In this document: one piece after another, positions 34,324 through 45,902 of the stretch | How the letters are laid out: each line of letters starts with the position of its first letter | Position numbering within the stretch: the first letter of the stretch is position 1 | Source of the DNA: Selaginella moellendorffii | Taxonomy: Eukaryota; Plantae; Lycopodiophyta | DNA length: 64,000 nucleotides | NCBI RefSeq assembly: GCF_000143415.4 | Contig: NW_003314408.1 | Coordinates: 110,934 to 174,933, forward strand | Direction: 5' to 3' | Translations under genes and position numbers: made by a program | The notes under the pieces: generated by a model | The model's database searches: none | What the model saw: the letters and a program-made list of their open reading frames with translations, nothing else | What the model was told of the DNA's origin: nothing

Positions 34324-36480
34324 CCTAATTAGAGAAATTTGTTTTCTAACTTGCAATTGCTAGTGTTGTGAGTGCTTGGAATATGGAAAGGGAATATAGA
34401 AATGTGTATATCAATTAACCCAAAAACCCTAATTTATATACAGGAGCGAGTGGTCTGGATTGAAACCAATCTGACGGCTACCAAAATCCCACCACGTTAA
34501 TATTAGTATATGGCATTGTAATTGTACACTTGGCCCTCAGAGTGTTAAAAACCCCTATTGTTATGTGATAATTTACTATATCCACTAAATGCTAACCATG
34601 GCATTATCTGCAATAACTACAACATCTTCTATAACACCAACACTTCACTAGTCCACCAAATCTTCACAAATTACTTAGGTAGCCTTTCAAACTTTGGAAG
34701 TAGTTCTTCTCAACACATAGGAGCTCTCTAGCTTGCAACACACAACAAAGTTCTAGCTTTTGTTGTGAGACCACTATTGCCCTCCTTCACTCTACTATAT
34801 GATATCTGCCTCTAGAGGGCAACATAACTAGCTTCATTAGCATCCTTGGACTTTTTTAGGATGCTCTCCACCCAACTACACCAAGTGGCTCCCAACATCA
34901 CCACCAACTTGTAGTGAATTCTTTTCTCTTTCTTTCTTTTGTGTTTTTTCCTTGTCTTTGCTTTTACCTCTTTTCTTTTCTTATAATCCCATGATAGAGC
35001 AAGTAGAAGCATGGATTTTCAATTCGAGGTTGCATCAACCCCTCTTACCTAGAAGCTTGAGCATTTCCCAGTTTATTTCTCAAGGTTCACTACATTAGTG
35101 CATTCCACATATTACCACCACCATTCTCCATCACTCACAGTCATCATCCATTCATCCCTTTACTTACATCAACACTGTTTCTTACTCACTACAATTTCAC
35201 TTTCCAACCACTTTTCTCACCATTTGCACATGAATTTGGGGACCTTGTTTAGCATCAACAAATGCAGCAAACTAACCAAGAAGCAGCCAAATATAATATG
35301 CCAAACTCAAGATATAAAGCTGACCATCTTAATTCAGTGGATTTGAGAAAATCCAAGACACTTGATTTTCAGCTGATTCTCAAAGGTCAGTTGAACCTAA
35401 TGCACATAGGAGACCATACACTATTATGGGCAGATGTTTATTCCCCTTCCCGATTAGCTCCTTCAGCACAAACAATTATCCATACAGACTCTGATAAAGA
35501 CTGAGCTTTTTCTTCTCCCACAATAAGCACATAAGCTGCAGACCACTTCAACAATGATCAGAGGCTCCCAAATCTCTTCCACTACCACTACATCACAATT
35601 AGCTATCACATTTACTCACAATCCATTCATTCAGTTGCCATCTTTCATTGCTCTACAATTACCATTCTTGGGCAACACATTTACTCTTCCTTTGGACTGA
35701 GTTTAACCAGGCAACTGTTGAGGAACTTTCCAGAGGTGAAGAGACCTTAAGGTGGAATTCTAGGTAAGTAATTGTCCTCATTTTGGTTTCATATTTCTTT
35801 CTTATTCCCTTTCTCTTTTTTGCTTTGTTTCCCACTTTTCTCTACTTCACTTTGGGTAAGTTCCTAATTCAAATCTTCCCCTTTTGTGGTTTTTGATTCT
35901 GGAACTTTTCATTTCTCACAAGCCACTCTCCAGCATGTGAATGACCAATTGCAGAAGAAGATGCAAGAAATTCAACATCAAGCAATTGAAACATTTATTG
36001 TCTAGCAAGGTTGGCTAGTGGATGTGTTGGGAGGAAGAGGCTCTCTTATATGGGAGAAACACAATTTAGAAGCTCTTTCATAGATAAAGAATATTTGAAA
36101 ATCTTGCTATGCATATCCTTAATAAGTGACAAAGGATTGTGCCAGAGCACAAGAAACCCACGACTACCCCAACATGATGCACTATGTCAACACTGTTGTG
36201 AGAAAAAGTAAAAAGGAAACACACGAAAAAGCAAGTAGAAGGACTTGCTGTCACCAATACTTCCCCCCGGGCTCTCAAAACACTGAGGTAGTTACACATT
36301 CTGTTACCACCACTTTGTATTTTCACCATGTAAATATTTACATGGTCTCTTCGCAATATGGCTTCGGAAGGGTAGTAAATCCTCACATTCGTGTTCTTGA
36401 TGATCCTGGCACTAGTGACTTAACTACGAGGCTCTACGCTTTGCTTTTTTCTTGCCCCAGCTTCATTAATCCGAGCAAGC

Positions 36481-36580
36481 ACCTTATTGCAAACTTTGAT
36501 CAAGGAATGGTTGCTCTTCGTTCACTGACTAATGGAAAGGTTCTCAGATGAGCAGTCAGACCAATAAAACTAGAACATCA
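36481..36580 (+). pseudogene. Degenerate duplicate of the 3' end (last intron and exons) of the CofE-like gene
   Basis: atggttgctcttcgttcactgactaat is identical at 24415-24441 and 36507-36533. Flanks are similar: ttat(c/t)gcaa(g/a)ctttgatcaa, gatgagcag, gtcaga..ataaaac. Confidence 0.8.
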
Positions 36581-36612
36581 AGACTATAAGGAGCTTCACA
36601 ACGTCCTCGTTG

Positions 36613-38687
36613 TCATAGCTGCTGAAGCATGGCTCTCACTTTGGCTCGAATATCATCCGGCACTTCTCCCTCGACCCCCTGGCCATTTGTGTGATGGTGC
36701 TTCCTCTTTCGCTCGTGTCCATTTTCAACCTTGTCATCCCGCAGCCTCCTCCGCTCGTCTTTCTCACTGGACTTCTCAGAGCTATTGTCCCCCGCGCCGC
36801 CACCTTCTCTCACAAGCATCTTCGCTCTCTTCAACCTCTCGGCCTTTATATCCGCCTTGATCTCCTCCTCCGTCCTGCTCGTGGCCTCCGCGACAGCTTT
36901 CCTTGGCTTCTGGATCCCTCGGGTTGCTGCCAGGACTGCCGCTAGAGCATCATCGTAGCTCATCCCAGACTGCTGTTGCTGGTTCCAATCGATACCTCTG
37001 CTGCTCGACTCGATGTCCTTGACAAACTCGTCCTCACTGGAAACCACTGGAAGACCGCCCCGTGCCCCGTGAGGTGCTGTCTTGGTCTCATCCCTTGGGG
37101 GAGGAACATCAAACCGAGTGCTTCTCCGTCTTTGCCGGCTATTTACTTCCTGGGAGGAAGAACTCGAGCTCGCCTTGAGGTTCGCCGGTGGCTTGGACGC
37201 TTGTCTATGCTTGCTTAAACTCGATCGCCGTCTCGAGGTAGCCTGTGATCACAAGAGAGTAAGAGAGTAGAACTTCACTGGACTGGAAAGAACGAGAAGG
37301 AAACAAAGAGAGAAAGCTACCTGGTCAGCGTTTTGCAGCATTCTCAAGTAGTAAGGATGATACTCGTGCCATGGATGGAGAAAGTGGAAGCGCTCGTCTG
37401 ACTTATCCTTGTCCCGGACAACGTCCTCGAAGTCCTTCCCGTTCCTGGTGATGAACTCCACCATCTTGTCGATGACCGTCTTGATGTATGGAGGTGGTTC
37501 CTTGATAGTTCTGATCTCCACTGTCGGTGGCAAGCTCAAGCTCTTGTCATTCTCTTCGTCGTTCTCTCCGTAGACTTCGCCCAGCAATCTCAGTCCTTCT
37601 GCTGGTTTCGTGATGGAAGCGCTGCCAAGCCGTGACGGCGGTGGGGGCAGCGGCGGTGGAAAAGATCTGAGCATCGCTCCTGTCACCTCCGGGTGATCCA
37701 CCAGGTACCGGAAGTAAGGATGGAGAACGTGATCCGATAGCAAGAATCCAAACTTTGGATTGCCTGCCTGCTTTACTTTGAGGATAACTTCGGCCTGTCC
37801 ACCACGCTCGCTGACAAACTTGGCAGTCCCGCTGATGATCTGGTGTATCTTCTGGGACCTAGGCTGGAAACACAATCCACAAGATGCACAAGTTAGAAAG
37901 CTTCAGAAAAGAAAGAATCAAGGAAGTAGACTTCTAGCTTGGAAATTTTAGATAAGCTGTTCTACCCATTACCAGCACGCATCCCCTCGCAATCACACAC
38001 CTGTGTGTGCCATCAGTTTGCCAATTCAAAGCCATTAATTCTCCACCATACCAGCACAGCGCCAGCAATCTTCCATGCTAAAAACCACTGCAACTCGAGA
38101 GAACGGCTTAGACGAGAAAAAAGAGTGCTTTTGATTCTCATGCGCCCGTGGGGAGTTTCTACTTACAAGGTGTGGCTGCAAATGGTCCGGGACGGGAAAG
38201 CCAGGAACAAAGAGCGCCTCCTCTTGGTCGGGTGGCGGCGGTGGAGAGTGCTTCTCTTTCTCTTTTTCGCTGTCTTTCTCTTTGGGATAGTCGAAGGGGA
38301 CGCTGGTGTAGCGGCCAGAGGTGGAAGCCGTGGCTCCATCGTTCCCAGCTTTATCTACAAGCAAGTAAATAAATCCGAGTCACACACAACGAAGAAAACC
38401 ACACGCTTACCTCTTTCAAGCTCGCGACTAGCCTCGTGGAAATCCCTATACCGCTCGTAATCGAGCTCCTCCTGCGAAATTCCTTCGTCCGCGGGGCTGG
38501 AGTGGCGGTGCCGGCGCTGGAAAACACTGGCGTCGTGGATCAAGTGGCGGACATCGTAGCGATCCATGAGAACGTCGGCATCCTCGCTCCAGGGGACCAG
38601 CGCCTCGTCCGAGGCGACGAATGCAGCTGCGGGATCGTCGTCGAAGAGCCTCGTGTGGACGCCAGTCACCACCAGATCGATTTCCAT
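36613..38687 (-). CDS. SWAP/SURP-domain splicing regulator (SFSWAP-like, multi-exon)
   Basis: N-terminal DRY_EERY-type region (MEIDLVVTG...LMDRYDVRHL...LDYERYRD). Two SURP domains: HQIISGTAKFVSERGGQAEVILKVKQAGNPKFGFL..HVLHPYF and IDKMVEFITRNGKDFE...RFHFL.PWHEYHPYY. C-terminal KAERLKRAK and PDDIRAKVRAML. Confidence 0.9.
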
Positions 38688-38950
38688 GGCCGCGCGCTCT
38701 CGCAAACCCTGGAGACGCGATTTTGAGAAACCCTAACCAAGTGTGCTATCGCCGTGATTCGAACCCCAGACCCCTTGGAAAATTTTACAAATTTTCATCA
38801 TTTTTTTTTTTTTTTTGCGTTCTTGTACAGAAAATTCACAATTATCTCCATTTTTTTTGCGTTCTCCCACTAACAAAACCAGAACTTTGCCCCTGTACAA
38901 ACGAAGAAAATAGAAAACTAGGCTACAACTCAAGATCACATCTATCAAGT

Positions 38951-41900
38951 TCACGAATTGACACTGCAGAAGCTGGGCGAAATCGGCGATCCGGCGTTTG
39001 GATTGCTCACAGGCTGGACGACGAGCTTGATCACCCGCGAGCCGCTAAAACGCATCACGTCCAAGCACTCCTCCAAGTCGGCGTCGCCATTGAGCACCAC
39101 CCATTCCGCATCGTCGTCCATGTACTTGAGCGTGAAACCTTCCTTGTCCAGCTTGAATCGCCATGCCACCTCGCCCTTGAGCGTGCCGAATCCAAACTCC
39201 GTCCCCATCTTGAATCGAATCGTGTCTTCTCGCAGTGTTGCCTTGACCGTGATCGCCCGCTCCTCGAAACAGTTGGTTCCCTCCTTGGAGCATAGAACTC
39301 GGTTCGACAGCGCTGGCCAGTCGATGTAGCTCGCCTGGTTTTGGTGATAGAAACTTTGATGTTCTTGAGTTCCTGGTGGTGGTGGTGGTGGCGGTGGTAG
39401 TGGTGGTGAAGAGGATTGCTTTCTCGCTATCAAGCGCTCGGGAGATAGTTTCTGTTGATCCAGGACCGAGAGAGCTGCGTGGCTTCCGTGAACCCGGGGC
39501 TCGATCTTGATCGCCGGTAGCATGTTCACTCTCGGTTCGGTGGTGTGAATCTCCGGAGTTTCGTTTGGAGAAGTAGCAGTGCCACCGCCGTCTGGGAAAA
39601 CGTTGAGACCTTCTTTTCCTGCTGGAGTCTCGGCTTTTAAGCTAGCTTCGGATGAACTCTTGCTCGTTGATGGACCTGTAAGAGCGAAGTCTAGAGAAAA
39701 AATGCAAGGAAAAATATGACTTTGCAAGACCTGAATTGCTCTTCTTGGATGTGATCGCAGCTGTAGCAGCAGCAGCCGACGCGATCTCTCCGGTCAGTAT
39801 GTCAAGCTTCACTTTCCTGTCTGCGCCCTCCACCGAGTTTATAACTCCTTGCAGCTTCATGAGCGATCGATTCACCTTGTTTATCTTTCGAGACGGCCAC
39901 CGCGAGATCCCATACTGTCGACATATCCGTTTCAATGTCGTCGGACACACTGGAGACGAAAAAGAAAAACGGTTTTTGAAGTTAGAGAACTCTTCTCTTT
40001 GCTAGGAAATCTAACGAAAAACTATCCAAGTTTTACCAACCTCCAATGTTCCTAGCAGCATCCCTCAAGCTCCCAGCGAAGTGCTGCTGGAGAACATCCA
40101 AAGGCACCGTTTTCTCGTTGGTGGCACGCTTCTTCTCTCCCGCTTTTTTCTTGGCAGCGCCGGAGCCATCGCCTTGAATCGAGCAAGCACTCCAGTACGA
40201 GCTCTGATCATCTCCACATAACTTCTTCCTCTTGGCCGTAGCTTTCGTCGTGGTCGTGGTGGCGGTGGTGGTGGCACTCAATCCACTGTTGTCGAACACA
40301 ACACCCGACATCTCCTCGTCACCACTGTGAAGCTCCACGATTCGAGGAGAGCTAACCACACTCCGCTGCTCCAAAACTTCTCTGCTAGAAACCATCCTCA
40401 AGCTCTGGCAAGCCTGCTGCATGGTGACCGAGAGAGCGTCCAGGAGTTTGCACTGCTCGACCTCTTCCGTGCATTCGAGCGGGAGAACAAACTCCAGGAC
40501 GTAGTCGTCGCTGCCAGTGAGCCGGCTCCTCAGCCGGATCGCCACCGCGGCCCCGAGCTTGAAGTAGCGAGCGTAATTCACGAGTGGATACTCGGCGATG
40601 GAGTAGCTCTTGACGTCTCTCGTGAAGCTCGGCTGGTTCGTGGTGGAGGCTTTCCCAGCGACGCCTTGCCCGGCTTCCAGCTTCTGCTGCGAGCAGGCCC
40701 GGTGGAATCCCTCGAGCGACGAGTCCCTTACGTGAAACGGTGCGTGGCTCGCGAGCAAGCACGGAAGGTTTTTATTCCCGGAGCTCTTGCCGGAGGACTG
40801 GAAGCATGGAATCCATGTCTGTGCTAGTGGAAGTTGATGGTACTCACACACTGCTAGAAGAACTCCGGAGATCTCCTCGAACACAGCCTCTCGCCCAGCT
40901 TTTGGCACCTAAAGTTTGTGAGAATGTGTTTAGAGCTGAACGAACCTTAAAGTTGTGTCACGTACCTCCGGTACTCCACATCTGGGCCAACTCGAGAGAT
41001 TTATGTCCTGAAAAGAAGAAAGTTTGATCAAGCTAAGAACAAAATGGAAGCTTGGAAGCTAATGAGAAAATGAAGAGACGATATGAGTAAAACGATCAAG
41101 AGAAAAGGACTGATCAAGCAAAAAACTTTTTTGATCGATGAAACAACCGAAAAAATCTAATCACAAGAAAGAACAAAACTTGCCTCGAGCGCTTTGCAAA
41201 TCATTCCCATCTCGGACTCATACCCGACCTTCTCCACATTGGCGACAAGCTCAATCACTGCCAGGCACTCTCTAGTACTGGGCTCGATCACCGGCACAGC
41301 CAGAGTTCCCCGCACGTTACACCGCGCGGCGTCTTGGACTCGCAAGAAATCTTTACAGTCATAAAACTGGACATTGGGACTCCACTCCGGCAGCATACGG
41401 CTGTACACCCGGCCGGGCAGCCCGGGCAGCACGTCACCACCAACTTCACCAATGATACCGCCAGCCACCGGGAAGGCGTACCGCGCGGACAGCGTGCGGT
41501 ACCGCACGAGGTCCCATTTGGTGGGCTGCACTGCGTATGGCTGGTCTTGTGTGGTAAGCATGACCCTGCTGTTTCGCATCGTGGGCACCCATACCTGAGC
41601 CAGGAATTCTGTTCTCTCACACGAGATTCTCCGCAAGACGTTGCCCAACAGCTCGGATTTGTGGGGCTTGCGGCCGCGCGCTTTCGATTTCTCGTCCTCC
41701 CCCTCCTCCGCCGCCACGCCCTCCCATTGATCCGGCGATGACGCGGCGGTATCCTCTGGTGGTGGCTCCGAAAGGAGGAGATCTTCCAAGAGAGAGGAGA
41801 AGCTGCCCGACTGAAATGGAGGCGATGTGAGGAAATTGGTCGCCCAATCCGCGGCGGGTGGAATTGAATTGGGGAATCCAGGATCATCCATGAAGCAATC

Positions 41901-41981
41901 TCCTCCTCCTCCTCCACCTCCTCCTTCTCCTGGCAAGAGCTCGCACACCATCTGGAAAAATCCATCATCTCTCTCAGACAT
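38951..41981 (-). CDS. NLP: NIN-like protein (NLP): GAF-like N-terminus, RWP-RK and PB1 (multi-exon)
   Basis: [14 protein letters not shown]...[28 protein letters not shown] and [40 protein letters not shown]1 ITVKAT...DTIRF...[20 protein letters not shown]. Confidence 0.95.
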
Positions 41982-42158
41982 TCCTGGGCACGGTGGGCAT
42001 TTCTTTGCGGTGGTGGTCGATTTCACCGGGAAATCGTGCGGCAATTGGACTCCACCACCGCCACCACCACGACCGAATCTGTGAGAAAAAACGAACAGAA
42101 AGAAAAGGAGTGGACAATCTAATCGAATCCGCTAACCAAAAATCCTCTGGAACTTTGC

Positions 42159-42159
42159 C

Positions 42160-42193
<34 letters not shown>
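42159..42193. repeat. (CT)n microsatellite upstream of NLP
   Basis: ctctctttctctctctctctctctctctctctctc. Confidence 0.85.
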
Positions 42194-42194
<1 letters not shown>

Positions 42195-42778
42195 CACAAA
42201 ATGGTGGGCGCGAAATCCACCGTTGGCATCCGCCGCTAGCGACTCATCCAACGGCGGGGGCCACGGCCACGCACACCACGAGTGAATATTCACCACAGCG
42301 TGGCGGAGCTTTTCCGAAGACGAGGGAGGCTGTCCACGTTGACCCCCACCGGTGAATATCCCTCGCATATTCTCCCTCTCTTTGCCCCCTTGCGAAACGC
42401 CTGGGCGAATCGAAAACCGAATTCTGGCCGTTGGATCGGCCCTCCAACGCGATTGTCTAAGGTTGTCATGACACAATCATGCATGGAGATCGAGCAACAC
42501 GACAAAAACGGGAATCTTGGAAAAATAAAGACGCCCCCGGAATCGCCGCTTCCAATACTTGTGGAGAACACGTCTCGCTACGCTAGCTTTAGCAGCGCGC
42601 GCGCATTCGTAATGCATTGACCCACCAGAGCCGGAGTGTCGTACACCGAAGTACCCGAGCATCTTGCCATTCCGAGCATCTTGGCAAAGATTCCGGGAAT
42701 ACCCGGCATATCTCTCGCACATTCCTTTTCTAACGGTCATAACGGCCCCGGTTTCTTGCCCTAGTGACACAACCCGAG

Positions 42779-44026
42779 ATGGCTCGCCGCGCCGTGAGGC
42801 TCGCGGCCATCGCCCTTATGGTGTTTGGGACCTACAACCTCTGCTCGCTGTGGAGCTGGCAATTCCACGCCCCGGACCTGGGCGATCGATCGCCGACGCG
42901 CGTTCTTTCTTCCGAATTCGTGAGTCGATAAGCTCTTGCTCGATCTGATCGCGGGAATCCAGCCGCTGTGTAGAGCCATCGCGAGCTGCGAGGACTGGAG
43001 CGAGCTCTGGGCGCCGCGGCGTTCCGGAACAGGACGGTGATCATCACGACGCTCAACCGGGCGTGGGTGTCGGCGGGCATCCTGGATCTCTTTTTAGGGA
43101 GCTTCCGGGCGGGGCAGGGTACGGAGCCCTTGCTGGATCACCTCCTCATCGTGGCGGTGGACAAGATCTCGCACGACCTGTGCCTGGCGATCCACAGCCA
43201 CTGCTACGCGCTGCGCACCACCGGCCTCGACTTCGCCTCCGCCAAGGGATTCATGACCCACGACTTCATCCAGCTCATGTGGCGCCGGATCTACCTCTTG
43301 GGCGTCGTCCTCGAGCTCGGCTATAGCTTCGTCTTCTCGGTAAGAACCCTAAAATTCAAATTTCAAAATTTCCCCCCAACCCTAATTCTTCTCGAGAGAT
43401 CTTTGCAGGACGCCGATGTGATGTGGTTCCGTGATCCATTCCAGCACTTCCATCCAGATGCCGATTTGGAGATGGCCTGTGACTACTACCCCGTCCATCA
43501 CGGCGACTCAGCATATCCAAATTGTGGCTTCATGCACGCCCACGCGAACAATCGCACGCTTCAGCTCTACAAGTACTGGTATCATGCCCGCCTCGCTTTC
43601 CCGGGCCAGCCGGATCAAGACGTCCTCACCGCCGCCATGTTCAAGGACGAGTACTGGGACATGGGCGTCAAGACGAGGTTCTTGCGCACCGAGCTTTTTG
43701 GGAGCTTCTGCCAGGCCAAGCACCGCGTGGGCGAGATTTGCACAATGCACGCGAATTGCTGCATTGGGATGCATCGCAAGGTCAAGGATTTGCAGCTGCT
43801 GAGCAGTGATTGGGCCGGCTATGTCAATCGCTCCCGGAGCTCGCACAATCGCTTCCGGAACTCGTCCTTTGCGAAGGAAGCAGGGGATTTTCGATGGAGC
43901 GCGCCCAGGGAGTGCCTGGCGTCGATGTACAAGGGAAAATCGGTCTACATACCAGTGAGGAAGAAGAAGCCCAAGTGGTGGAGGAAGCGCTCGCTAGAAT
44001 TGCAGCAGTGGATCACTAGCTGGTGA
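42779..44026 (+). CDS. Nucleotide-diphospho-sugar transferase (GT77-like, type II membrane)
   Basis: N-terminal signal anchor MARRAVRLAAIALMVFG. RTVIITTLNRAW...LDLFLGSFRAGQGT..LLDHLLIVAVD, LMWRRI..L..VLELGYSFVFS|DADVMWFRDPF (DxD), DQDVL and HANCCIG. Two introns. Confidence 0.92.
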
Positions 44027-44105
44027 CTCTGTTTTTAGGGTTCTTCGCAATTTTATCTTTCTTTATAAACGTTTTTGGCGGGAATGGTTTAGGTTAGGGC
44101 TTTAG

Positions 44106-45772
44106 ATGGTGATTCTCGACGGCAAACTGATCTCTGGGATCGGCGACGCGCCGGCGCTGGGCGAGCTGTCGCTTGCTCGCCGGAAGATTGATGAGGTGTG
44201 TTGTGATGACATTGGCGGAGGAAAATCTTGCTAAACCAGTGCTTCGATAGATTTCGGATGAGCTGCATTCCTGCGGCAATCTCAAGCGCATTGACCTCTC
44301 TGGGAATCTTCTCACGAGTGTTGAGGTATGTGAATAGGGGTTTTTCTCCTTTCATTTCTGAGGAACTGGTCGCTCCGTTGTTAGGCTCTTGCTCCTTTGA
44401 AAAAGTTGAAATGGCTTTCACTCTCTGGGAACAAGCTCACGTCTTTGACGGGTCTAGAGGGCCTGAAAAATCTTTCAGTGAGTAAAGCTCTTTCTTTTCT
44501 TTCGTATTTCTTCCTCGCTTCTCTTTCATTCTGTTTGTTTCGTTCCAGGTTCTCAACTGTAGCAAAAACGAGCTTACATCAACGGAAATGCTTGCAAAGC
44601 TTAGAGAGCTTCGAGCTCTGATTCTGAACGGTCTGTTCTTTTATCAAGTCTTTTTGATTGAGTAAGACGGTTCATACAGATAATCAGATCACTTCTATCG
44701 GAGCCTTTGACGAACTTGTGAACCTCGACACTCTAGGTAGATTGCATTTCAGTTTTATCTGTCAACTCTAACCGTGCTTGCTACGAAGTTCTCTCCCAAA
44801 ACCCCATCTCCAGCCTTGGGACATCTTTGACAAGGCTTACATCACTTAAGAAGGTAAGCGTTTTGTTCTTTTCCGGCAGTCTTCTTGTAAACTAGAATGT
44901 TTGCTGTAGCTATCCCTCTCTCATTGCGAGATCAAGGATTTGGGAAGCTCGATAAGTAACTGTCTGCTCTTGGAAGAGCTTCGGCTTGCACATAATCACT
45001 TAAAGGTAGCTCTTTTCCGGATGATCGTATTATTATGATTGTTCTATCCTGCAGAAACTCCCGAAGGAACTGGGGCTAAATTCTCGTTTGCGGATTATTG
45101 ATGTGGGACACAACAGTATTAAAACATTCAAATGTATCAAGGTACGTAAATCCAAGTTCTGCTCGTCGGGCACTCAACTGAATTTTTAGTGAAGGTCTTG
45201 AAACAATTGCAATCCCTCGCGAACCTGAGCCTGCGAGGAAATCCTCTCTGCGATGAGGCTAATTATCCTGACGATGTAAGCTTTTGGTCTTTCATCTTTG
45301 CTTACACGGATATTTGTTTGATTGTACTCAGGTAAAGAGTCTAGTTCCTGACCTGCAAGTATTCGATGGCCGGCCCACAGACAACAAACAGAGGACGAAA
45401 CACAGGAACAAGTTAAAGCAAACCACCGAGCAGCGCGCAATACAACAGCAGAAAGAGACAGTTGCTGCAAGTGTCAAAGATGACAGCCGTGATGAATTGA
45501 CAGAGGCGAGGCCGTTCATCGAGCTTGTTGCATCGAGCGCCGACGCTGTTAGCGCTGCTGCTAAAGACAACACGGAGAAACCCCGTGAGAAGAAACGGAA
45601 GGATGGGCCCAAGCAAGATTCTAAGGTGGTTTCCATCATCGAGGGCGGCGGCAGAGAAACACGCAAGAAGCCCAAGAAGCCCAAAGCCGAGCTCACTGCG
45701 CCGTCATCTTTGGCAAATGCCTTGGAGGCGCCTGACGTTGGTGGCGGTGGTGTGTCGTCCTGGGATTCATAG
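44106..45772 (+). CDS. SDS22-like leucine-rich repeat protein (multi-exon)
   Basis: LKRIDLSGNLLTSVE, LKWLSLSGNKLTSLTGLEGLKNLSVLNCSKNEL, LRALILNDNQI, LEELRLAHNHL and LSLRGNPLC...LVPDLQVFDG (LRR cap). Lys-rich tail ending GGGGVSSWDS*. Confidence 0.88.
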
Positions 45773-45902
45773 CAGCACAGTGGTAAGTTCTTTTTTATTA
45801 AAACTCTCTATTTTCTTGATCCAGTTTGTTTCTCTTTCATCTCAAGCAGCATCAACTAAGAAAAATGTGACTTTTCAGCAACAAAAACTTGTGAGTTCTT
45901 CC

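Noticed and set aside
36325-36346. Perfect 22-bp palindrome accatgtaaatatttacatggt
   Set aside because: Real but isolated, in decayed AT-rich DNA, with no supporting context for function.
28953-36417. CACTAGTG at about 28953 and 36410 as possible CACTA element ends
   Set aside because: Inverted similarity does not extend beyond the 8-bp palindrome, and no transposase motif was seen.
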